A stretch of DNA of 63,957 nucleotides, the filler included, from Reticulomyxa filosa (Eukaryota > Protista > Foraminifera): assembly GCA_000512085.1 (NCBI GenBank). It is 14 parts of 14 records of this genome, joined end to end, with 100 filler letters (N's around TTAATTAATTAA, not from the genome) between each part and the next. Parts side by side here need not be neighbours in the genome. Positions count along the whole stretch, not along the records: positions 1 to 7,409 come from ASPP01011682.1; positions 7,510 to 12,730 come from ASPP01028202.1; 12 more parts are not named here. One strand, written 5' to 3'. The translations under genes were made by a program, and so were the position numbers. This document shows, piece after piece, positions 1-10,140 of this stretch (positions are counted from its first letter, which is position 1; every line of letters starts with the position of its first letter). The notes below the pieces were generated by a model. The model was not told where the DNA came from, did not search any database, and worked only from the letters and a program-made list of their open reading frames with translations.

Positions 1-79
1 TGTTACTTGTAATTGGATCAGTGTATGCAGATGCACTAGTATGTGTTCTGATTTTTTAAACATCGCAAAAAAAAAAAAA

Positions 80-3000
80 TCAAAAGTTTCCACCGCGTTG
101 TTCCACAAGCAACTTCTGTTCAGGAGTCAAACCATTTGCATTATTCCAAACACTATCTTTCATCGATAGACCATAGCATTGGACACCAACTTGCCAAACA
201 CACTTCATCGGACCAGTCCCATTAACAGTGCTCCACAACCGGATCGTTCTGTCATTTGAGCATGATACAATTTTGGAACCATCGGGAGAGATTTCCATTC
301 CATACAGAGAGCCGGCATGTCCTTTTAAAGACTGGATTTGCTGTCCTGAAGATAAGTCCCATATTCGAATTGTGTTGTCCCCTGAACGTGAAAAAATTTT
401 TGATCCATCAGGTGAAAATTGAGCTTCCTTTACAACGTCAGAATGCCCTTCAAACACATGAAGTTGTTTTCCAGATAATACATCCCACAATCGAATTGTT
501 TTATCCAAGCAACATGATACAACCTTCAGACCGTCAGGTGAAAATTGCACTGCATTTACACCACTTGAAGGTCCTTCCAGTGATTGAATTTGATTTCCAG
601 ATAATATATCCCACAATCGAATCGTTTTGTCATCTGAGAATGTCACAACTTTAGAAACATCTGATGAAAATCTTGCACCTCTTATTTCTCCCTGCCCTTT
701 TAATGATTGTATCAACTTTTTGGATGGTAAGTCCCACAATTGGACTGTCTCGTCTCCTGAACAGGAGGCAATCGTTAAGCTATCTGAAAAAAATTCAGCA
801 CTGTATACACCACCAGGATGTCCTCTCATTATGTGATATTGTCTACCTGATAGTGCATCCCATATGCGAACGGATTTATTCCAATAATAGGCAATGACTT
901 TAGAGCCATCTGGTGAAAATTGCAATCCATCAACAGCACTCATATACCCCTCTAAAATTTGGAGTAGTTTTCCAGAATATATATCCCAGATTCGAAACGT
1001 TTTATCTTTTGAATACGATAAAACCTTGGAGCTATCTCGTGAAAAACGTGATCGAGTTACAGGTCCTGAATGTCCTTCGAACAATTGAAGCTGTCTTCCT
1101 GAAGAAACATCCCACAATCGGACTGTTTTGTCATCTGAACATGATACAATCTTTGAACCATCAGGTGAAAAATGTACTTCATTTACACTTTCAAAGTGTC
1201 CGTCTGTCAGCTGCATTTTTCGTCCTAGTGCTACATCCCATATTCGAATTGTTTTATCACTTGAACAAGATAAAATTTTGGTGCCACTTGGAAAAAATTG
1301 CACTCCATTAACACGTTCGGAGTGTCCTTCTAATACTTGTAGTTGTTTTCCAGACGATGCATCCCATATTCGAACACTCCTGTCATCAGAACAAGATACA
1401 ACTTTGGAATTGTCAGGTGAGAATTGGGCCGAGTTTACCTCTCGTGCATGTCCATCCAATATTTGAAGTTGCTTTCCAGATGAAATGTCCCATATTCGAA
1501 TTGTTTTATCATTTGAATATGATAAAACTTTAGAGCAATCTGACGACAGCTGTATTCCATTTACGATATTTGAATGTCCTTGCAAAACATGGAGTTGCTT
1601 TCCAGATGATAGATCCCATATTCGAATAGTCCCATCTCTTGAACATGACACAATTTTGGAATCGTCAGGTAATATTACTGCGTCAGTTACAAAACCAGTG
1701 TGTCCTTCCAAAATTTGAAATTTTTTTGCAGATGAGAATTCCCAGATTCGAAGAGTTTTGTCAACTGAACATGACACAATTTTAGATCGATCCGATGAAA
1801 ATTTTACTGCAGTTATTGCGACGGGATGTCCTTCAAACTCCCGAATAGATTTGCCGGATTCTAATTCCCATACTAGAATTCGTCCATCCGCTGAACTTGA
1901 CACAAGCGTGGAGCCATCAAATGATATGTGTATGCTACTTATCCCGTCTGAATGTCCTCGCAATTTTTTAAGCTGTTTACCTGAAAGCATATCCCATATT
2001 CGAATTGTTCTATCATTTGAACATGACACAAGTTTAGAGCCATCAGGTGTGAATCGTACTACTATTACGGAACGAGTATGTCCTTGAAATAAATGGAGCT
2101 GCTTTCCAGATGCTGCATCCCATACTCGAATAGTCCCATCCTTTGAATAAGACACAATTTTAGAGGCATCATGTGACAAAGAAATTCCACTTACAATATC
2201 TGCATGCCCCTTTAAATAGGCATGTTCTCCAAAATAAATTCTATCCACTGATGCATTTGTGAAATTGGCATTGTTTAAGAAAGCTTGATAAAAACTCACT
2301 TGATTTAAATTTGCATTTTTTAAATTAGTTCCTTCGAGGAATGCATAATCCAAAATTGCGTGTGGTATTCTAATGTTACTCCAATCGCGATAATGCATAT
2401 TCACACTTGCTGAATTGAGTATAGTAATTGCATTTGCTGCCGCAATGTTAATTTTGTCATTGGTTTTTGATGCCTCAACGATTCGGAACAAGCGTGACTT
2501 TAAATTTGCAAATTTTGGATTTGTGTCGCGTATTCGATCACAAATAAACTTAATAATTTCTGGCTCTTCATTTAACAGTTTGAAATTAATAAGTAAATTG
2601 TGAATATATGCTTCAAATTGTTGTTGAAATTCTTGATCATTTAAATCAAAGCTGGCAGGCATCCATGAAATTGTATCAAGTACAATTTTTTGTGCTGCAT
2701 AATATTCTTGACATGACTTGTGTAAAAATTGATATTTTTTATCTCCAGTTCTTCTCAATACATATTTTGCAATACTATCGCCATTGAAATACTTTTTCCA
2801 AATATCTTCTGTATTGACGATTGAAGTACTGGCAACTATATCCACTGGTTTGATTTCTATTTTTTCTTCTACTACAACACTTTTATTTTCATTTTCCACG
2901 ATTGCATCTAATTTATTCCAAACTTTGTCGTTATTTTGATGCTGGAATTCTGATTCAATTGCGATTTGTTTTCCTTGCTGAAACATATCAAATCCTAAAT

Positions 3001-5927
3001 CAAGACAATATTGTCTCAAAGTTGATTTGATTTTGTTCATATCCATCTGAATTCGTAATTCCGCCAATTTGGAAACTATGTTTTGACTATGGATATCAAT
3101 CCATTGATCGTTAAACACCTCATACACTTGTGCTTTTGAAATTTACTTCCTGCACCATATTGTTTTATCAACGCCGGTAAAACACTTAAAATGAGTTGAA
3201 GTAGAAATGGCTCCTCCACCATTTTTGCAAATTTGGATAATTGTTTAAGGTTTCCTCGTATTGTTGTGGCGTCCAATCACTATTGCCATCCCTTTTCTTA
3301 TTTTTGACTTTCATTTTTGCAAATTTTTCAATATAGCTATGCATTTGTTGCTTTGTGAATGGCCACAAATACATCATGGATGTTGTTATAACGTTGTTTT
3401 GATTTGTACCAAATAAAGTGGTATGAATATCATCTTCATTCAATACATTACTTCGACAAGTAATAATCACTTTTGCATTCCATTGATTCAAATTAAAGCG
3501 ATCATAAAAATATTGTTCATTATTACTTTTGCGATACACATCAAATATTTCATCAAATCCATCCATTATAAATATAAAAGATACTTGTTCACGAATCGTG
3601 TTCATAATTTCTTTGCTGATATGCTTACCTTGTAAGGCCTGCAAAATGATATCTTTTTCATTTCGTTTATGATAGATTTTTGAAAATGAAATATAAACAG
3701 GAATTGGTTGCTTTGAATCAGATACGTAATTATTCCATAATATCTCTTCCAAATGTCGACAAAATATACTTTTTCCTGAGCCTGATTTGCCTTGAATTAT
3801 TATCACCTTTCTTTGTTCTTGTTCACTTTTTCTTTCATCCACTCTTTCCAGAAATTCAATCGCATGTTGATAACAATCATATGAATCATTTTTTTCATTG
3901 TCATCACCATCGACATGTGCACGGTCATTGGCCTGTAATGGTATATAAGTTTCAAGTGCTTGTAAAAGATTTACATCTTCTTCGATCTCTTGTTTCCATG
4001 ATTCCTGCAATAATAATGCAAAGTCAGCACAGCTTGCTGGATCACTATATCCAATGATATGTTTTTTGTAATATTCATAAAAGATCACATAAATGGCTTT
4101 TCCTTTTTCTTTTTCCGGAGTGAACTCGCAAAGTTGTTCATATAAGAATTTCGCTATTTTCAATGGCACATTGTTATTAATTTCAGACTCCGTTTTTTGT
4201 GATAGTTGGGATGGCTTCAATATTCCAATGTCCAAATGAGATTTGTAATGACTTGCTATTTTTTTGATTCCCTTGTCATCAATCCATTCACAAATTATAT
4301 CATTAATTTTGGTTAATGTTTCATCACTTGCTTGTTTTAATTCTTCCTCTTTCGCATTCTTTGGTTTCCATGCTCTAATGTGTTCATAGAATGAATGACT
4401 TAACTTTGGATTCTCAATCACCGTGTAGCCTTCCAATGTAGTGTAGTTTTTCAGTGTCGCCTGCATCTCCACATATACATCATGTTTTGGAACATATAAT
4501 TTAATATTATGAAATCGATGATGAGTTTTCGATTGTCTTTCAAAGAAATCCTTATCTTCAGACACAATTAGATTAAATTTCTCTGCCTTCTTCATTACTG
4601 CTACCGCAGTTTGTAATTTGGTTGCATTATCACATAAAATTGTAAATCTTCCAACATCAAATACTTGATTGTAATTCCCGTTGTAATCACATCGAATCTT
4701 TTCCAATAGCCTCACACTATCTTTCACTTTGGGTGGTTTCACAACTGTTATCAAATATTTCTGTAATTCGCTCACCAAATTGATTAGCTCATTGCTCATC
4801 ATCGCACTTTCACTTCGAGAAATTAAATCTTCCAAACTTGTTGCATGCTGTCGAATGGTCTTGGCTTTTAATTCATACAATAATCCTGGTTTAATTGGAT
4901 AAAAGCATTGATAATGATTATCTTTTACAGACACCAGAGTATCATTTGCACAAATAGAATGTTCCGAATTCGAAATCATTGTCTTCACAACCGACTTCAC
5001 TGTCGATTGTCTGCAATCCGGACAACAATAAGAGGTTTTATCTGAAACAAAGGAAATGTCACCAAATCCAATGTTTACCCACACTGGAAGGTTTGCCTTT
5101 GACGCCAAGCAATCTGTGTGTGTGCAATAGCCCTGCAAGTTTATCCCAGGTCTGGTCTCTCCAATCTCTGCCCTTTCATCCTCTTTTTTCAATTTCTCTG
5201 ATGTTTGTTCTATCTCAATACTTGCTTCTTTTTGTAGTGATCTTTCATTTTCTGGTAACTTTTTTTTTTTTTTTGCAAATAAGATATTATAAGTACTTAT
5301 TGTTTTGTGAAGAGAAAAAAAAAAAAAAGAGAAATTGTTATCGCAAATAACTTGTGTAGTTTTATGTTCTGATCGATCTGTGTTGGTATCTAAAAATGAA
5401 CTTTGCACTTCAATCTATTCGTTTGGTTCAATTGATGTATTTGTTTTTTTTTTTGTTTTCTAATTAAGAAAATATTTGTAAGACTGTTGACGTCTATAAG
5501 CAGAAAATAACATTTTGATCCATTAATTTTATAATAAACCTTTCAATCACCACAAATACATTGCCGTTGCTTTCCTCTAATTGTTTCTTCAGCTCTTCTT
5601 CTTTGATAACATCACCACATAACTTCATCAGCACATTCATCTCCTTTGCATGCTTTCCTTGCTCAGATCGATTTTGCATTCCTCCTAAAAGTCTCATTTT
5701 TTCTTTGTCAATCCTACTTAATTCATTACTGCTGTTAGGTATAAATCCTTTTACGTCTTTTTGATCCTGATTGACGTTACACATGCATTACACGTTTTTT
5801 TTAAAGACACGAAACTAGAAAGCCACGAAGAATTCATTAAAAAACATAATGACACCTCGTTTTGTGTTTGGATTGATGCGATATTAGCATTGATCTTACC
5901 AATGCAATGGCCAAATTGTTTTAGCAT
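80..5927 (-). CDS. NLR-like STAND protein: Cys-rich Zn module + RelA/SpoT-like nucleotidyltransferase + NACHT + pentapeptide repeats + 16 WD40 repeats; multi-exon, with two apparent 1-nt frameshifts
   Basis: Walker A GKSGSGKS (~3769-3792) and Walker B FIFIMDGFDE (~3550-3580). Pentapeptide run AFLEGTNLKNANLNQVSFYQAFLNNANFTNASV, then 16 GH...WD-type repeats. ORFs 3186-5408, 3076-3276 and 80-3127 join if one A is restored at each of two A-runs. Predicted short 5' exons ~5856-5927, 5512-5766 and 5352-5415 are GT-AG bounded; the start codon is uncertain. Confidence 0.88.
236..2216 (-). repeat. Array of 16 WD40 repeats (~126-bp unit)
   Basis: The motif GH-x3-V-x4-FSxDGSKIVSCSxDKTIRIWD recurs every ~42 aa; the DNA motif atcccatattcgaat recurs on the + strand. 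Confidence 0.95.
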
Positions 5928-7409
5928 AATATTTTCTTCAACAGGAGACACCCAAGTTTTAACTGTTCAAAAACGTTCACACTCGCAGCAAGTGTCTACT
6001 TTTACGTTCTAGAGCAAATTTGAAACTTTTCCCAAAATAAAAAATAAGAAAATTAGACTTTGTACTTGTAAAGGAAAATTAGATAAAAAATTTATTTATT
6101 ACATATAAACATCTTTGAAAAGATTTACCTTTCAAGAGTCAGATTGTATTTTTTGTGTATTGTCTTCTTTCTTTTTATTCTACTGCAAATTTGGAACAAC
6201 TTTGCAAACAACAATACTGTGGAATGTCTGTCGCTGAAAAGAGCTGCACAAAGTGTAATACGAAATATTGATTAGCTCTCCTGAGCAAACTTTTAATATA
6301 ACGAAATTTATTAAATAACGAGAAAATAATGATCAAAAACAAACAAGCAAAAACTAAGAAGAAACGAAAGACTTAGTGGTGAAGTGAGCGTGAACAAGAA
6401 TAAGTGTAGTTTTGAGGTTCACTTGGATTTCTGATAATGGTTAGTACTACACGTACTACAATACAATTGTAATTAAATTTCCTCCAAAAGAATGTAAACT
6501 TGAAATAATAAATGAAAAATGCAAAAACAAAAATCTTTTAAAAATCGCAGAATTCTCAAAAATTATTTGTGAGAATTACTTCAACTTTCTTTTGTTGTTA
6601 CATTTAATTGAAGTATTATCTTGCCAAAAACGAGTTTCAATTTACATTCAAATAATGACATAAGAAGTTTTTCTTGGACATGCTACTTATGCCGAATATA
6701 TATCAATTCAAAATCTCTTTCCTCGAGTGGGAATATTTACGATTTAACGCAAGCTTATGATTAGAGCTATGAAAGCAAAATGGATAAATTGCTAGATAGT
6801 GCTTTCAGAACTCAGTTTTTAAATCGAAGCCCATTTAGTGTATGTTGTTATTTTGATGAAGAAAGAGAAATTGATAATTAACAAAGCTTGCAAAGATGAA
6901 AAAATAACAATTACTGAAAGTTTTAGATTGGTTGAAATTATGATATGTTGTTGCCAATATTACTAGATATGCATTTGGGATATTTGATCTAGTCATAGTG
7001 TTATTCATGCGCCAAATATTTTGTCACAATCTTTTGCAAGGTGACGAACAAAAAATCGAGTTTTTATTTTGTTTTTTTTGCGTGCAAAACGTGAACGAGT
7101 TATTGAAATTGCAACGGCAAACAAAAGACAAAAAAGATTTGCAAACTGACAATATGTCTCAAGTTCGAAGTTGTAAATCTAAATAAGTAAAGATGAAAAC
7201 GGAAACATATAATTGACAAGCCAAAAGTCGTTTCCAAAGCAGCAATTATTGATTTGTTTACTTTTATTTTTAGGTGCAAAGTGACAAAGATCATGTTATA
7301 AGCACAGGGAAAAGGAAAGTCAATGATATCATTTAGCAATACCACCAAAAGATCATACATATCACAAGAGTATACAAAATGTTACAAGCTGACGTAGAAC
7401 AGCATCAAA

Positions 7410-7509
7410 NNNNNNNNNNNNNNNNNNNNNNNNNNNNNNNNNNNNNNNNNNNNTTAATTAATTAANNNNNNNNNNNNNNNNNNNNNNNNNNNNNNNNNNN
7501 NNNNNNNNN
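7410..7509. other. Artificial contig linker (N44-TTAATTAATTAA-N44). Identical linkers at 12731, 15324, 21692, 24941, 29494, 32819, 41647, 49122, 58314, 59531, 60826 and 62633 (100 bp each)
   Basis: The same 100-bp structure with a six-frame stop core occurs 13 times, and genes are cut at these points. Confidence 0.97.
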
Positions 7510-7515
7510 AAATGA

Positions 7516-8472
7516 ATGAAATTATCCAAAAAACAATATTGTATAATCGTGATACGGACTTATTTACTATTTGTACAAATATATCAAAGAAGCAAACTAT
7601 TGAAGATTCAGAAAATTCTTTCACTGAAATATTTTGGATTTAATTATAATTTTGTTGCACATTTATATTTTAATTTAGGAGTACCTTACAATAAGAAAGA
7701 ACAGTACGATAAGGCAATTAACTGTTATGAAAAATCATTAAAAATTAAGTTATCAATTTTTGGAATTGATCATATAGATGTTGCTTGTTGCTATAATAAT
7801 TTAGGAAGCACTTATTATGATAAAAAAGATTATACTAAAGCAATTGAATATCATGAAGATGCATTAAAAATTAGAATTCAAATATTTGGAATTGATTATG
7901 AAGATGTTGCTGTTTCCTGCACTAATATAGGCAGTATTTATCAAGATAAAAATAATCATAATGAAGCAATTAAATACTTTGAAAAAGCTTTAAAAATAAA
8001 ATTAGATATTCTTGGAAACAATCATATTGATGTTGCTTGGTCTTATAATATTTTAGGAGTTTCTTATGGGATTACAGGAAGATGTGACAAAGCTATTGAA
8101 TGTTATGATAACGCGTTGAAAATAAGACTATCCACTTTTGGAACATACCATGAGGATGTCTCCGAATCTTACACATGTTTAGGAGTTGTATACGCATATA
8201 CTGAGTTATATGATAAGGCAATTGAATGTCATGAAAAAGCACTTGAAATAAAGAAAAAATTATCTAATATTATAGATATAACAATTCCTGCTTTGTGTGG
8301 AATGTTGGGATTGGTATATGAATGTAAAGGAGAAACCAAAACAGCGTGTAAATATAATGAAGATGCTTGGAAAATGAATAGTATATTAGAAGGGGAATGG
8401 CATAAAGCTACAACAGAATCAAAAAAACAAGTGAAAAAATTAAGTAAAAAGATAGCATTGAATCAGACTTAA
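7516..8472 (+). CDS. TPR-repeat protein (42-aa kinesin-light-chain-type TPRs), 5' partial
   Basis: About six repeats of VA..YNNLG..Y.....YDKAIEYYEKALKI.L..FG..H. Starts at a contig edge; the 5' frame is doubtful. Confidence 0.88.
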   Translation: MKLSKKQYCIIVIRTYLLFVQIYQRSKLLKIQKILSLKYFGFNYNFVAHLYFNLGVPYNKKEQYDKAINCYEKSLKIKLSIFGIDHIDVACCYNNLGSTYYDKKDYTKAIEYHEDALKIRIQIFGIDYEDVAVSCTNIGSIYQDKNNHNEAIKYFEKALKIKLDILGNNHIDVAWSYNILGVSYGITGRCDKAIECYDNALKIRLSTFGTYHEDVSESYTCLGVVYAYTELYDKAIECHEKALEIKKKLSNIIDITIPALCGMLGLVYECKGETKTACKYNEDAWKMNSILEGEWHKATTESKKQVKKLSKKIALNQT

Positions 8473-8622
8473 CTGATAATGAGATTTCTTTTTTTAAATG
8501 AAAATATTATTATGTGTTTGTCATTGTTTAATTTTGACAAAAAAAAAAAGTCTTCAATTTCAATGAATTAAACAATCCAAATAATAAAACACAAAAAATT
8601 CATTTCTTTAAGATTAATTTTG

Positions 8623-9595
8623 TCATCCCCATATTCTAATTGTTTTGTCATAAGAACATGACACAATTATATCACCATCTGGCGAAACATCCACACCAGG
8701 CACTCCACTAAAATGCCCTTCCAATCTTTGCATTTCATATCCAGTTTTCACATCCCACAAACGAACTGTCTTGTCTTCTGAACAAGACACAACAGCCTGT
8801 CCATCTGGAAAATATTTTACTTCATACACTATATCTGAATGTCCTTCCAATTTTTTCACTTCTTTTCCCGCGTATACATCCCATATTCGAATTGTTTTAT
8901 CACGAGAACAGGATACAACAAATTGGCTATCTGGAGAAAATTTTGAATCTATTATAGAGTCAGAATGCCCTTTTAATTCTTTCAATTTTTCACCAGATTT
9001 TAAACTCCATAAAATAATTGTGTTGTCATCGGATGAAGACATGGTCATCTGGTCATCTGGTGAAAATTCCGCAAAACGAATCGCATCAAAATGCCTTTCA
9101 AAGATGTGCATTTGTTTTCCCGATGCGACGTTCCATACCCTAACGGTTTTATCATTTGACGACGAAACAATCTCGCAACCATCAGAAGAAAATTGTACGT
9201 TTCTCACCCCATCATCATGTCCTTGTAAAATTTTTAGCAATTTGAAATATTTGATCTATTTGCGAATATAGGGAATATTGATTATGTTTTCATCCGAGCA
9301 AAAAAAAATAAGGACTTAACATATTTGGTAACAATTTTGTCAAAATCATGAATCCATCCTAATTTGACATTAAAAATTCGAAGCCAACTTTCGATTATTA
9401 TGTTCACCTCGTTCTGTGACTTTTTTTACAGATATTGTCAATTGCTGTAGTTTAACACAACTCTCAAAAATGTATATAGTCCCCTTGACTTGTGGTTACC
9501 AGGTTTGGTGCTGTGTTCTGTTCTTGTGTTTCAAGTTTTTGCTTTCCATTTTTGTTGCTTGTATTAGTAGTCTCTATTTCAGTATTTGTACTCAT
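8623..9595 (-). CDS. WD40 protein with 5 repeats and a lineage-specific N-terminal motif
   Basis: Five GH...W repeats in 8623-9240. An upstream exon (~9320-9413) reads NEVNIIIESWLRIFNVKLGWIHDFDKIVTKY. Predicted ATG (MSTNTEIE) at 9595. Confidence 0.82.
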
Positions 9596-10140
9596 CCTAA
9601 GGTTTTTCAAATATTCGTCGATACTGGATATTGATGTAGAAAAAACAAATTGGAACTTTGACTACCCAGAAGTTGTGCTCTGTTTTTTGAAGTTTCACTA
9701 CCAGTGGATAATGTTTTATGTCTCATAATTATTTAAAACATTATGAAAAATTCTCAATAATTCTTTTAAAGATGAAGTGTACTCGTTATGATCTAAATTG
9801 AAATTAACATACTTGCAAAACATTACCTCCTATTTCCAAAAGATTTTAAAGAAAAAAAGTATTACTAAGTTTTAAAAATGATGGCCTCTTTTGGGATCAG
9901 CACAATTTTTAATCATTAGAGCAACAAAAACTAACTCAAATTTGATTTAAATTTTTTAAAAGCTCCACGTCACCAAAAAAAAAAGTAAATTTGTCCTGAG
10001 CACATGACAATGAAGGGCGGAAAAAAAAGTCAATACAAGGTCTGCTATCAAAAAGGAAAAACAAAACACAATAAAAAAATAAATAAATGGATAGATATAG
10101 GAAATTAGCAAAACCTCCTCGAGAACAAGGAGAGAATGCA

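Noticed and set aside
228-2087. Repetitive plus-strand ORFs (SHIRIVLS.EHDTILEPSGEN)
   Set aside because: Antisense shadows of the WD40 array; the same applies to 8771-9271.
236-2216. Regularly spaced DNA repeats as a possible CRISPR array
   Set aside because: The 126-bp period is in-frame WD40 coding sequence; there are no unique spacers or cas genes, and the context is eukaryotic.
7454-7465. TTAATTAATTAA palindrome as a recombination site or piggyBac TTAA target
   Set aside because: It is always centred in N-runs, so it is a synthetic six-frame-stop linker.
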